Shown here in pieces: positions 35,140-47,516 of a stretch of 64,000 nucleotides of DNA. The stretch lies in contig MU005975.1 in assembly GCA_010093745.1 (NCBI GenBank), positions 62,001 to 126,000 on the forward strand. The letters are read 5' to 3'. The stretch is from Piedraia hortae CBS 480.64 (taxonomy: Eukaryota). The position numbers and the translations under genes are program-made. The notes beneath the pieces were generated by a model, which saw only the letters and a program-made list of their open reading frames with translations, ran no database searches and was not told where the DNA came from. Numbering within the stretch: position 1 is the stretch's first letter; each line of letters opens with the position of its first letter.

Positions 35140-35195
35140 AGTTAAAGGGACGAACTGATAGTGTTAGTACACTGAGCCGTAAACATATATGTAGT
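35140..35195 (-). mobile_element. Truncated AGTT..AACT mini-element
   Basis: AGTTAAAGGGACGAACTGATAGTG..AGTACACTGAG matches 47397-47445. Confidence 0.7.
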
Positions 35196-35204
35196 TGTTT
35201 ATAA

Positions 35205-35562
35205 TTTTGGATTCAAGCATCGCGTATGCGGGGCACTTGCTTAGCAAGTCAGCGATACCTCCCACACTACCAGCTGCACCCTAGGTTTTTTCCTTCACAG
35301 AGTTTTTCCCTCAGGGACATGTAATATGTAACATGGCGAATTCGCCCTGTTAGTGTACGACATGACGTCGCCGGCCCACCGGTGCAGAATGTTTATTTTG
35401 AACGTCCCCTCATTGAGATAGATAGTCATTCACATTGTCATATCGACACTGGTATTGACTTATCCATCTGCATCTTTCCTGTCCTTGTTGTCAATTTCCG
35501 TCTATCGCTTCGTCCTCTTCGGGCCGCTGCGCACTCTCGCCCACGTGAGTCCAATCACTACA
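35205..35562 (+). mobile_element. Solo LTR, family A
   Basis: Colinear with 41164-41536; ends CTACA. Confidence 0.85.
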
Positions 35563-35584
35563 AGCCACCCGTGTCCGGCCCGAG

Positions 35585-35708
35585 TATTATAATTGTGAGC
35601 AGATGTGTACCTGCATACAAATCTCTACGGAAAACTAGTTGACGCGTGAAGTCGAGAGCCGAGCGCCGGTTACTAATAATGCGCGTAATATACCGCATAT
35701 TCACAACA
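35585..35708 (-). mobile_element. 124-bp solo LTR of the copia element at 30207; TSD CCGAG
   Basis: One substitution versus 30370-30493; CCGAG at 35580-35584 and 35709-35713. Confidence 0.92.
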
Positions 35709-36093
35709 CCGAGCCGGACCCGTCTACTCGACCTCCAATAAACTAACTCGTTTGGAACTGGGCTTGAACCTCGGCTCTGACAAAGTTCCAAGAATACACA
35801 ATTTCTGCTCTAATAAGCAGCGGCACCTCACAGGTGTGTCAGTCTACACGCGTATCTAGAGCTACACAGGAAAATTTCTGAGTACTCGAACCCTGGTCAG
35901 GGATGTGGGTCATCACCTGCGGATCGTTCCGTGGCGACCTGCACAACAATTTTCAAGAATGCTCCGCATCTCGGTCAGGGGTATCGATCATAGAACACAG
36001 GCAACTACATCCTCTCCTTCTCATACTTTCTGACGGCCGAACGTCTCAAGACCACCGTACGTTATCATGGAACTTTGAGATGATAGTTATTAA

Positions 36094-36382
36094 CGTTGGA
36101 AGTGTAACACTCTGTCAGACGCCTGCCTTAGGTAGATAGAGCATCGGACTCTCCAGGGTTTTTACCCCATGGAGGATGTTTCCCCTGGAGCGTGGTTACG
36201 TCAAAGGACGTTGGCACGGCGAATGCAGTTTGGGCCGGGAAGAGAGTCTAGACCAGTCCTGCGGTGCAAGCCTTCTCTAGGCCTCAGACGGATTCCATAG
36301 TGAGGTGTCACACACATTGTTGACGGCGTCACCATTCGCCAATGTCGAAGTGATGTGAGTAAATCCCTTCCTCCTTCCAACA
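36094..36382 (-). mobile_element. Solo LTR, family D (289 bp)
   Basis: Terminal inverted repeat TGTTGGAAG..CTTCCAACG; second copy at 32480; no TSD seen. Confidence 0.75.
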
Positions 36383-37849
36383 CACTCCAAAACCATGCCT
36401 CCCAAGAAAAAGGAAAGCAAGAAGCGCGTGAATATCACAAGCAATGAATCATGCCGACCTGGCCAACGCGTCCAAGTCGACCGCCCTGCCGAAGATGAAA
36501 CATCCTAACTTGATGGTTGCAAAGACGACTGTGGGGCCATCGTCTATTATAGATCGGCGTGTAAACCAACAGTGACCTTTCGCGCGATCGCCAACTCCCC
36601 AGGGGTCATCCCATTTGCCTGTTGCTATGCCGCTTTCGCTGTCTCCATTTGAGACAATTCCGCTTCCGCAAGCCCTGGCCCGTCCGGCGCTATCTTCTCC
36701 GGCGCCATTTCCATCAGAGCCTTCCTAGGCAGCATCATCAGTGCTGCCTCCCCGAAGGGTCGCCCGTCATGCACGACGACTGCAAGCATCGTTGAGTGCC
36801 GGTAGCACGGCAGCAAATGCTGCACCGTTACTGACGGCCAGCACCCAGCCTTCGGCGGCGGCGGTAGATGAGCCCCCCTGCTGGGCTAGCCAGCTTGCTG
36901 GCAGAGCAGAATGCTGAAATCATTCGGCATCTGCAGGACATTTCGAGGGCAGGGGACGCCTGTGGTTGCCAAGGAGTTGCATGCGGCAAGTCGGAGCCCG
37001 ATCAGCATGGTCATCACCAATGGAAAACAGTCCATAAAAAAGGCAATGAGGCGAATGCTCCTCTTCGAGCTCTACAACGCCGAAATTTGGCGTAGTACCA
37101 ATGCCCTGGTGGTGAGCTTTCACCTTTGTACCGGAACAAGATAAGTCGTGTGGCTAACCTATCCAGAAGGAGCTTCTTTGCCAGGGTATTGTGTCCGAGC
37201 AGCAGCTTGGGGTTATCAAAAAGGACATCCCAACTTGGCGCGGCCGGGCCCTGGCCTACGCTCGGGATCGCCTGAACACCGTGGGGAACGGCACCGCACT
37301 GTTTGAAATTGTTCGGGCCCTCAGCGGGCTGGACGGGGTCCGCAGGTGACGGCGGCTATAGCGGAGGCCGCGGCGGTTCGGGTGAGTTTCATTGACCGGA
37401 TCAAATTCAAGTTACTTTCGCTGATTACTATATGTGCAGCGATTGAAGGCTGACCAGGCTCGGCCAACGTCCTCCGCCCGCCTGGATATGCGATTCTTCG
37501 CCATGTATGACCGCGTCTACCGGGACTTGGGCAAAGCTGCGTGGTAGGTACTGTCTGCACTTTCGATTCTATGATTTCTGATGTTTTTTAGGCATCGTAT
37601 CCTGGAGTAAGAACTGGAAGTGTACGGATGGCCGGAAGACGGAGGCATCTTTCAAGAGACCAGTACGTAGCCTGTGTTTATTATCGTATACATCTTTGTG
37701 GACCATATCGATCGAATCGTTTGATATCCGATGTATGAGCAGTATGAAGGTTGAGCCTGCTTTCCAAATGCGACGGCACTTGTATCTGTATTTGTGCAAG
37801 ACTTAATAAATAGTTGTCAGAAGATTTCAGCCAATTTTGGTTGGACCAT

Positions 37850-39000
37850 TGTAAGAGTATTGTATGGGGCATTGTATAGCTGCTGTTTGGACTGTTGTAT
37901 CCACTGTTAAACATTTTGACATAAATATGAACCAATATTTTGCGGGTTGGCAGTGTACGTGCTCGCACATCATTAAGAACACAACGTTCTGTTTATATAG
38001 TCGCGTGGGCTGCAAGGCCTCTAAAACCTTTAGTTGTATTCTCTTTGAGAGAAACGTTCTCCGGGCGTTCGAGACAGCATAAGATGTAAAAAGATATTAT
38101 CAATTCCGCTTACGACAACAATCTCCAAACGCCAATTTATGCTTATCAAAGAGCCTCAAAATTTCCAGCCCATCCGCAAGACGACAGTGTGAGAAATAGT
38201 TGCTCATCAAACAACAAATAGCATATAAACAAGGCGGCAAACGTCCCACGGAATTTGCGAACGCATTGAAATGGATCAAGGAAGCCTGATTGCGTTGATA
38301 AGCAAACTAAGAGCACGGGGAGTGGTAATAACACTCCCGTAATTTATGGCCAGCGAATTCAAATTATGGTGACCCAACGCCACCGTCCCCAACCTTTCAG
38401 GGGCAAGCGCCCAGAAACTCGCAACCTCAAGCTGAAGGCTCTACTTCCGGTGAAGCTTGCACCGTGCCACGCGGAAGACGATCAAAACTTGAACGATGAG
38501 ATGCTCGGTTCGGAATCACCGATTCACATCATTGGCGGCCACTTGGCCAGGTCTGTCGACGAAAACTTCGACGAATGGACGCAAACTGATTAGCATAGTG
38601 AGCACACGGCTACGACACCAAGTTCCACTGATAATGGCCTCGTGTGTGATTCATTGGAGCTAACTGATACGAGTTGTGTAGATGGTATTTGCATTGTTAG
38701 CGGTGACACTGAGAGTCGTTCCTCGTGCGATTATCGTGGAATTAGCGATCAGGCTGTCCGCCCTATATGTTGCAGCAGTCCTTCCGTGGTACAACGATTA
38801 CCGCTGTATGAGCCCGGTGCACCGGCCATATGTACAAAAGCAAACCTTCGACCGTATACCGAGAAAGGCACGGATTTAGGCCCCATCCTCGATGGAAAAA
38901 CAACGGTTAGGAGGGAGGAAAAGACTTGTTCTGAGGATAAAGCTTATCACGATTGCCGTGAAGATTTTGACACTGGTGAAGACAGCTTGTTACAAAAAAA
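37850..39000 (+). mobile_element. Degenerate Helitron RepHel fragments
   Basis: LLYPLL, SPSVVQRLPLYEPGAPAI (PxVxRLxVHLPG) and AYHDCREDF (YxDxPxxF) motifs. Confidence 0.45.
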
Positions 39001-39832
39001 CTGACTTGATGTTTGCATCGAAACGATGAATAGGAATCATGACAATATTCCTTAAATTCTGATATCATATCCTGTTTGTTCGCCTCAATTGTTGCTGTGA
39101 GAGTGAATTCGTTTAGTATCCATTGATATCAAAACGAGCAGCAATCAAGGGAAACGGAGGGATGCGTTAACTCACTATTTTTGAAAAGTCTTCGGTCGTG
39201 TTAATAATTCGTGATCTGTAGGCTGCGATCGAAACAGATATTGCATAAGAGACTTTTCACCACGCAAACTACATCACTATGTGCACCTTATCAATCTTTT
39301 ACCAACACTTATAATCGGAAGGCGAGCGTTGACGGAGAAAAGGATGTATACAGGCATATCGGGTGGCTAGCAAGCTGAGCTTCGCAGACAGAGACTAAGC
39401 CATCACTGGAGTTGAGCCGGAACGTTCTTATTGAAAGCCATTCACCATACCCTTAGCACTGGAATGACTAAGGAGCCTTATTCTTGTTTCATACTTCTCA
39501 TCTGGCCTTCTGTTGACGACTGATATGACGGGTCCATGACATCTGTCACAGGCAATATATATTTATAACTACAACCGTGTTATCATGAACAACAGAGGAA
39601 ACTCTTCGTCGGTTGGGAAACACATCCAGGGGTGTATGCTTCCCAACAGAATATATCATTCTAACTGATTTAATGCATCAAGTCAAAATACCACACAATT
39701 TGCTGCCAAGCGTATTTAAAACGTGAAGTATGGGCGAAAGGGAGTTAAGGTGTATCATGTGACACCTAACTGATGACGCCTTGATTCATTTCTATAGTAT
39801 CATTAAACATACACCCATGCATATACACCTTC

Positions 39833-41163
39833 ACCCCTTCGCAAAACCGTGCGGCTGCTCAACAAAAACAAGGTGAGTGCCCATCTTGGCATGTAGAAAA
39901 GCCGTCATGATGTCAAATTGTCAGCATTGAAGGCCATGGTAAGCAACCAAGGCCAATATCAACGTTACAGTCGAAGGCTTGGTAACCGAGGCATAGGTGT
40001 TGTCAAAATCCGCACTTCTGGTCTGGGTGAACCCACGTCCAACCCATCTTGCCTTGCAATGGGCAGGTACGCCATTCACGTCATGTTTAATTGTGTATAC
40101 CCATTTGCCTTCGACTACCTTAGCTCCAGATGGCTGGGGTACCAATTTTCAACATTCGTGTTTCTTAAGGCTGCTCACCTCAGCTCGCATTGCCTCCATC
40201 CAAAGTTCAGACTGGGGCGAATTCTGCGTCTCTTTAAACGTTTTTGGGCCTTTCAACTCCACATGCCGAAGGGATGACCTCAGTGCTGTGTGAACTACCC
40301 GAGAAGTAACGCCGGCGTGTCTATGCTTACGGCCTAATTCCCGTATGTTACCGTGGCTGTCAAGATTACCTTCGGTCTTAAGACGGTCTTGCTCCTGTGC
40401 CGCCGCTGATGGTTTCTTTTCTTGTTCAGAGCGGCGCGGCGCACCAGCTGGGCGCTCATCGAAAAAATATCGTCGGTTGAGACTGCTCTCTAGGAACCAG
40501 GACTGGTCTTCTGGTATCCAAAGATTGAGCAGGACCAGATGATAAGTCTGGGGCTGAAGGCAGCATTTTTTTCGCCTGTTGGCTTCGGGGTTTCGAGGTG
40601 AAATTGTTGTTCTTGACGGTGCGGCAGGTGAATCAAAGCGCCTCTGCTGTGACCAGTTTTCAAAAAACGACTTAGTCACAGGCGCTATTGGTCTTTCTGG
40701 AAACTCAAAGTCGTTGGTACTCGAAACTGCTGAAGAACTTAGTCTCTCTGGAATACTGGAGCCGAATTCAGGGACCACTGTTTCGATGGTTGCTTCATTG
40801 ATCTCCATCGGATCACCCCCTGGTTCGAAATTGGTAGGCTCGTCAAACGCCTCGGGAGGGTTGACTTCGAACATGTCTTCCTTACCCCCTCCGAAGGCGA
40901 CGTCATTTCCAGGGAGTAGCTCGGTAAAGAAGTCATCAGGAAATTCAATAAAGTCGGGTTGATCGGGAGCATCATGGATATCGAAAAGACTCTCATCGAA
41001 GCGTACAAAGGTGGTGCGCACGACCTTGCGTAGTGACAGTATTCACACTCGACAAATGGTGTGGCTACCCCTCTCGAATCTGACTAACCTCCCCACTAGA
41101 GCGCGTTCGGCAAATTTGTCTCCACGAGCGACGTTGTGCTCGTAGACATAGGCTACACACCCG
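39833..41163 (-). mobile_element. Ty1/copia pol fragment (integrase C-terminus to RT N-terminus), with in-frame stops
   Basis: GCVAYV..DKFAERALVG..VRFDES; PKTFKE..WMEAMRAEVSSL; KWVYTIK..KARWVGRGFTQ; QFDIMTAFLHA..VEQPHGF. Confidence 0.92.
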
Positions 41164-41536
41164 TGTTGGATTTAAGCATCGCCGCTAGCGCGTATGCAGG
41201 GCATTTGCATAGCAAGTCAGCGATACCTCCCACACTACCAGCTGCACCCTAGGTATTTCCCTCACAGAGGTTTTCCCTCAAGGTCATGTCATATGTGACG
41301 TGGCGAATGCGCCCCTGCTAGTGTACGACGTGACGTCACCGGCCCACTGGTACAGAATTTTTATCCTGAACGTCCTCTCATTGAAATATATAGTCATTCA
41401 CACTGTCATATCGACACTAGTATTGACTCATATCCATCTGCGTCTGTCCTGTCCCTGTTGCCAATTTCCATCTATCGCTTCGTCCTCTTAGTTCGGGACG
41501 CGGCGTACTCCCATCAACGAGAGCCTTATCGCTACA
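41164..41536 (+). mobile_element. Solo LTR, family A (373 bp), truncating the copia fragment
   Basis: TGTTGG..CTACA termini; contains TGACGTCA and TATATA; no TSD. Confidence 0.88.
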
Positions 41537-42057
41537 TCTCCCACACATATCTATCCGTTCCGTTCATCTCATTTACCCTCCCCCAGCCATTTCCATCTCT
41601 CAACCCTTTATCCCATGTTTCTTACTCTCAATCAACTTCCCCATCACCATTCTCATCCAGCAATATGTTTGGTCAAGTGCGCGGGAACCTTGGACCCTGA
41701 CCCCACCTAACGCCACCTTCCTCTTGTCAGAGATGTGGGTCCACGTCGCCTTACTGATTCCATGCGCGGCTATTGAGAAACGACGACCGCGGAGCGATGG
41801 CACATAGCGGAGCCAGCGGCACAGTTGGTATTGCGGTTCATGGCGGCGGCGCTCTAGTTCGCCGCATCGCAGCTCCTTGACGTGTGGGGCAGATAGGGCT
41901 CGGCCAACGCTATTGGATTTCGGCCGGCGTTGAGGAACCGCGCCGTAGAACTCGGCCGGCGTCACTACACTCATCACAAGTCTACAATCAGTTTGCAACT
42001 CTTATACAATCACTACAAAAGCAGCTACAGTCGTCACATGTCCATACCACATCCCTC

Positions 42058-43347
42058 TCACGCGTACGGCTCCCGACCACAGCGCATTCTATCAGCTTGT
42101 TCTTGGAGACTGTTCTCGTGAGCGATTAGACGGTCAATGGCACAGGCGCTTGATTCCATATACAGTTCAAAGAGGTACCTGTGGCGGGCATCGAGTGTAG
42201 AGTACCACTCTGAAATATTGCGACAGTGAGGCTCGGAGTAAATCCAGCTCTGCTCATGCTCATGCTCATGCTCATGCTCATGCTCATGCTCATGCTCTTG
42301 TTCACGATGCGGCTCGGTATACTCTTGCTGTCGCTGTTGAGGATCGACCCAGGCAGAGTGCGAGTGAGGCTCAGTCCAGTAGTGCACTTGCTGCGGATGC
42401 TGCCCAGACCAGTAAGGCTCGTACTGAGGTTGAGGCTCAATGGCTTGGTAAACGGCTTGTCGATCACCCATGTATGGCGGTACCGGGCGGAGGTAGGCGT
42501 CATAGGCGTCATAGATGACAGCGGTCGGAAGCCACACAGGCGTCGCGGAGTTGGGATCGACTGGCGCTGTGGTCGGTGCATAAGCAGGTCGGGGAGAACA
42601 GTGGGGCAAACTCCGGGGAGAATGACCAAGAGGAGACGCCGGTGTGTCGACTAGCGCATGGTTGGCGGCAGACTTGCGAGAACAGCCAAACAGGATCCTA
42701 TTCACTTTGGGCTTCGACTCATCAGTGTCGCCAGTCTCTTCCAGTAGGCGCTTTCTGCCCTTACGCAAACGCGAAACGTTGGCCATGGAGTTTCTGGGAG
42801 CTTTGTCCTCGGCTGACAACGGCATTGGGCTGCCGTTCGCGTCAACAAACGAGTTGCGTTGGCCGCGGATGCCGGATGACGCGCTGTCCAGTTCGTCCAT
42901 GGCGCGCAAGAAGTTTGACGCTTGGGTTGAGAGTCCGTCAGTTGGAGTAAAGGGAGAGATCGTTGGCCTTCTTGGCGTGGCGAAAACGGGGGACACTGTC
43001 TGCTGCCTTGGAGTGGTGAGTTGATGCGGAAGCGTATAAGACCATGTGGTGGCCGTCTGCGCGTGGGATGATGTGCTGTCAGTCGTCCTGTTAGATAGAG
43101 GGGCGGCCGTGCGCAGATAAGACGAAGTGACGTTAGCCCAGTGTTCAGCCGTCTTCTTGGAGATCGCGGTTGACGGCGAGGACTGACGATGCTGGACTTG
43201 TTCGGTTTCATCCTGCGGCTTATCCTCGATCGTGCGGTCGGGGCTGGTCCATGACTGATCCTCGACCAGATGTACCGCGCGGCGACGAGAGTAGTTGGTT
43301 GGGCCGACGCGGATCCGTTCGCGGGAGGCATAGATGAAGGCAGTCAT
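42058..43347 (-). CDS. Hypothetical low-complexity protein (429 aa) with an (EH)n tract
   Basis: Long ATG-initiated ORF, S/T/P-rich; no recognised domain. Confidence 0.6.
   Translation of the reverse strand: MTAFIYASRERIRVGPTNYSRRRAVHLVEDQSWTSPDRTIEDKPQDETEQVQHRQSSPSTAISKKTAEHWANVTSSYLRTAAPLSNRTTDSTSSHAQTATTWSYTLPHQLTTPRQQTVSPVFATPRRPTISPFTPTDGLSTQASNFLRAMDELDSASSGIRGQRNSFVDANGSPMPLSAEDKAPRNSMANVSRLRKGRKRLLEETGDTDESKPKVNRILFGCSRKSAANHALVDTPASPLGHSPRSLPHCSPRPAYAPTTAPVDPNSATPVWLPTAVIYDAYDAYLRPVPPYMGDRQAVYQAIEPQPQYEPYWSGQHPQQVHYWTEPHSHSAWVDPQQRQQEYTEPHREQEHEHEHEHEHEHEHEQSWIYSEPHCRNISEWYSTLDARHRYLFELYMESSACAIDRLIAHENSLQEQADRMRCGREPYA
42251..42297 (+). repeat. (TGCTCA)~8 microsatellite encoding EHEHEH
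   Basis: Read directly. Confidence 0.9.
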
Positions 43348-43768
43348 CGCCGCACTGGAGTGGCAATGTCAGCGCGTGATGCGACTGCCGCGTGTAGAGG
43401 CCCCGCACAGGTAGTGCGGAGGCGGTGTGGTCAGTGTTGGACTGAGTGATGTGCAATGTGCAGTTGTAGTGCGCCCAAAGCAACAGTGAGCTGGTGTTTG
43501 TGAAATGTGAGATTTGGTGATGTGGAAGGAAAGAAGAGTGGAGGGCGGAAGGGGAAGTTCTATACCGTGGGCGTGGGGCCGCCAAGGAACACAGAATCTC
43601 AACGAACAATTCATGAACACCATTGGCTCAGTTCTCGACTCCGTAGAGGGATCATGAGGCTCTGAGAGAGTCGAATTGTAACCCGTCGATTCGGGCAGCG
43701 CTTGGACCCCACCGCTGTTTACCACCGGTTTGGTCCACCACCACAGTCCACGACTCTAAGCAAGAGAT

Positions 43769-44845
43769 TCACGGCGGTGAATCCACGGCCCGGTCGACAT
43801 TGATGTCTGGAAGCTTCTCCGCTAATGGCTCTTCTCCGTGGATTCGAGAGCCCGACGGATCGATTCCGCCGTTCTCGATGCTCCGCTCGCCGTCACCGAA
43901 CGTTCGCTTGAAAACCAGGTCGTAGCATGTCCATGATGCATTGAAGACAGCAACGCTCAGCTTCTGCACCCAAGGTGGCATTCGTCCATCTTTGTCGTGA
44001 AAGCGTCGACCCAATGCGAAGATGAGGATGATGAAGGGCATCCAGATGCTTAGGAAGATGTACTGCCCTATGCGCTGGCGGTCTGTTGAGATGACGTAGG
44101 GCCGCACAGAGCGCAGGTAGTCTTGATACTCGTTAGGCAAACGCAGCTCCGCTGCCCCGTCGGTGAGGAGTTTCAAATACCGCGGCGACGGCTGTGCATA
44201 GCTTGGATCTGGGCGGTGGGCGCGTCTGCCTTCTTTCGGATGCGTATTAGCGGCAGCGTAGAGAGTGTGAGCCTTGAAGGGCCGCAGCGTCGGGTTCTCC
44301 GGAACGGGCACAGAAGGATCTTGCGTAGCAAATGGATAGCAGTCGACCTCAATGTCCTTGTATGATGACCCGCCACCCTCTGTGGCGATGATATGGGCAA
44401 AGTCCTTCAATGTAACTTCATAAACGACGCCCACCAAGCCTTTGGTCCAGCGATCCTTGTGGTAGGGAGATTTGGGACCCAAATTCTGCATCTTTTCGTT
44501 TGCCTCTGCCTCGGGGATGTTAGCATCCGCCTTGGCTCTGGCAGTATTGGCAAAACAAGGCTCCGCGTAGGGAATGCCTGGTAGATCAAATGTGAGACGC
44601 AACGAGGGCACCTGTACGTTCAGCTCAGACAAGGGCTGGATGCCACGGGCCTTTCTAAAAGCTTCAATTGACAGGTTGGATCCATAAGCAAGATACAGCG
44701 TAGTCCCTCTACGGGACGTATCCAAGAGATAGTCATAGAGCTTAGACGGCTCGTCGGGTGAGAACTCCAACCGCTCAGCCTTGATCACGGGCGAATCAGA
44801 AGCGTCCTTACGAGGAGCAACAACCCAACGACGCACGTAATCCAT
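43769..44845 (-). CDS. GliK-like gamma-glutamylcyclotransferase-fold protein with a C-terminal hydrophobic segment
   Basis: LYLAYGSNL, FDLPGIPYAEPCFAN, LVGVVYEVT..IIATEGGG, AQPSPRYL motifs; first ATG at 44845. Confidence 0.85.
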   Translation of the reverse strand: MDYVRRWVVAPRKDASDSPVIKAERLEFSPDEPSKLYDYLLDTSRRGTTLYLAYGSNLSIEAFRKARGIQPLSELNVQVPSLRLTFDLPGIPYAEPCFANTARAKADANIPEAEANEKMQNLGPKSPYHKDRWTKGLVGVVYEVTLKDFAHIIATEGGGSSYKDIEVDCYPFATQDPSVPVPENPTLRPFKAHTLYAAANTHPKEGRRAHRPDPSYAQPSPRYLKLLTDGAAELRLPNEYQDYLRSVRPYVISTDRQRIGQYIFLSIWMPFIILIFALGRRFHDKDGRMPPWVQKLSVAVFNASWTCYDLVFKRTFGDGERSIENGGIDPSGSRIHGEEPLAEKLPDINVDRAVDSPP

Positions 44846-44967
44846 GATCTGCCTATGATGTGACCGACCTGTGACAGGTGTTGTCAAAGATCGGCCTCGG
44901 CAATTCTATTCTTGGCCCACTAGCGGGCGCCTTGCTGCATGCTGACATCATTCCTCAGCACAACCAC

Positions 44968-45225
44968 ATGGCGCCTGAAGAACCCATCGCAACGGCAAAC
45001 GGCGTCGAGGAGGCGGACCTTGCAAAGGTGCGTTGTTTGCTCCAAAGGTAGTAGTCTAATTGGAAAAAGGCTTTCCAGGAATTGGCCAAGGGCGAACGAA
45101 CGGCCACCGCATTGGAGCAGCAGCTCAGCACAATGGAAGCCAAAATTGAAGAATTGTTAGCGCAAGCGGAAAAAGGTCACCAAGAAGCTGAACAAAACAA
45201 GAATATTGGAGAAAGTCAACTTTAA
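44968..45225 (+). CDS. Small coiled-coil protein (71 aa); exons 44968-45027 and 45070-45225
   Basis: 42-nt GTGCGT..CTAAT..AAG intron gives MAPEEPIATANGVEEADLAK-AFQELAKGERTATALEQQLSTMEAKIEELLAQAEK.. Confidence 0.7.
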
Positions 45226-46852
45226 TAAACCTTGTACGCATTAACGTTCAAAAGGCCGTGCTGCATGAACTGTTCAATCGTCGAAAGTCGAGATAGCCAC
45301 ACACGATTGTAAAAGTGTCAAATACGTTTCTTTTTGTGCGCCCTGCATGTTGATATAGAATGCCAGCGATCAAATTACTTTGAATAATGACGCATTTGCG
45401 TCCGATCTTGATCTAAATCATGACGCTGGCCTTCTCTCAGCCGCCAGGCCCTATATGTGAGCTTTGCCAACATCCTTGCATAACGCATGTGCTTTATTAA
45501 CCATCAGTATCTTAAACTCTTGCCTGTGAGAGCTGTTTCTGGATTGCTGGACTGAAGGCAATAGTTATCATGCTTGTTGTGCAGGTCGCGACGGAGCGAT
45601 CCGCAGGTGATGGCATAGAATGAGGTGAGGTGAAGTGAGGTGCAGAACGTCGTTCCATGATTCGCCAGGCCTGGCCGCATTCGCCGAGACTACGTCACCG
45701 AGCCCGCACCGAGCATGAACCTGACCTTACTTTTTATGTTATGTAAGTTGGCTTACTATTTTAACGTCCCGGCAGAACCCCGGTCGGGGAATCTGTGGCC
45801 CCTCGAGGGGCAACTTCACGGCCTGTCCCGCACAATATTGCGCTACTGGTTGAGGCCTGTGAATTTAGTCATGATTTGTTTTGTTTTGTTTCATGTTAAA
45901 TGTCCCTATTGGGCGCTAGACGGCGGGGTTAAACCCCGCGGTCAGGGTATTAGCTACCTAAACGATCCTACCTGTCGTTACATAACCTTAATGTTCTCTG
46001 TCTTCCTATGCGTCACGGCCGGCCGTCTCGTTTTGACTTGGCAGCTGGCGCTGTGGACATAGAGTTGAAAAAATTGGTGTGCTTCAAGAAAAGTTGGACA
46101 CATGCTACCAAGTCCACAGCGGACCGCTTTGGGAGCGCACCGAATGGTTGCTCGTGCAGGAATCTTTGGTTAATTGCGAGGAAGGCCACCCTTTTGGCGA
46201 GCAGTCTTCCCAGGACTGAATTTAGTGGTCAAAGACTGATTTCACCGGCCTGTGCACGCACCATACCTGACAAAGGCAAACCAACTTTTCTTGTTCCTTC
46301 CGCAGATTCTCGTTTACATGGGCTGAACAATAGATGATGAAAAACAACACAATCCGCTAACATTGCGTTTTCACGTTAACTGTACAAGTCTTGCGGATAT
46401 TTCCTTGTAGTAGATACGTTTTTGTCCACACATTTTAATTCAAACATTATTTCGATGCGGACTACTGACAGGTTGCGATAGACAAAGCTTGAGACACGGA
46501 AGTGGAACAAATATGGCTTATTTTTGTTGCCTAGTCGAAGTTATATCGAATGGTTCGGAAAACACCCAACCAGGGAGATGAAATTGGAGTATGCTACACC
46601 TGAATTTGTGAATACCGATATGGAATTACTACATAAGCGGTGTGTTGCTATCTGGACCGATACGTGTTGCTAATTGAACCAAAAAAAGCTTTGAACTTAA
46701 TTTGAGTACAATTTCCTGTGACCGTTTGCTGTGAATCTGCCAAGGGAGGTATTTTGTACTAGTCAAAGTGTGTTGCTGCTAATCCACGTGAGGCACAATA
46801 ACGGCACTTGATCAAAGATGCGTCCTCTGTTCTATCTTCTCGAACCACAGAC

Positions 46853-47311
46853 ATGGGTACCCTTAAAGCAAAAGGCAGACGTCTCAAGACAAAGCTTGTC
46901 ACCATGAAACCTTCTTTTGCAAAGGCTAAGCATGGTGAGAAAATTAACGAAGAGGAAGAATTCGATGCCTTTCTTTCTCAACAGAATGGGCCGGTTCGGA
47001 AAAGGCTACCAGTTCAAAAATGGTTGGACGATCTGCTTCGGGACAGTCCCTTCGCCTCTAACAGTATGATCTGCGCGACATTGGACTCGATGCAGGACGG
47101 GTCAGACGGCGAGTGTCCCAGCAATGCAGATTCGACGGGAAGGAAAGATTCGCTGGAGGTACATATGTCTGATACTGATCCTCAATTTACCGTGGATGTC
47201 GACGACCTTGAGAAGCAGAAGCTTAAATGCAATGTTCGTGGCGCCATAGAGGCAGACCAAAAGAAGTATATAGACCACCTGCTCAGGCGCATTCGTGGAG
47301 AGACCAATTAG
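46853..47311 (+). CDS. Orphan protein, pair 1 copy a
   Basis: HGEKINEEEEFDAFLSQQNGPVRKRLPVQKWLDDLLRDSP is paralogous to 47818-48222. Confidence 0.55.
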   Translation: MGTLKAKGRRLKTKLVTMKPSFAKAKHGEKINEEEEFDAFLSQQNGPVRKRLPVQKWLDDLLRDSPFASNSMICATLDSMQDGSDGECPSNADSTGRKDSLEVHMSDTDPQFTVDVDDLEKQKLKCNVRGAIEADQKKYIDHLLRRIRGETN

Positions 47312-47396
47312 AAGGAAGATAAGGGCGAATGCAGTGCATCTCATTAAGGGACTCTAATGCTGTGCTTGAGTCTTTGACGAAAGTAGCAATGGAAAA

Positions 47397-47516
47397 ATTC
47401 AAAGGGGACGAACTGGTAGTGTGAGTACACTGAGACGTAAAATATTTGTTTAGTTATCTCTACTGCATACATGAGGGGACGTTGTTCATGGTCATCACGT
47501 GACACATTCTTCAACT
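47397..47516 (-). mobile_element. AGTT..AACT mini-element (120 bp); TSD GAAAA
   Basis: Reverse complement of 29836-29954; GAAAA at 47392-47396 and 47517-47521; one terminus is degenerate. Confidence 0.8.

Noticed and set aside
36420..37500. GC-rich stretch with short ORFs
   Set aside because: Looks like decayed coding or TE sequence, but no family could be assigned
43769..44845. Gliotoxin-type biosynthetic cluster
   Set aside because: Only a lone GliK-like gene; no NRPS, P450, thioredoxin reductase or GST in the window
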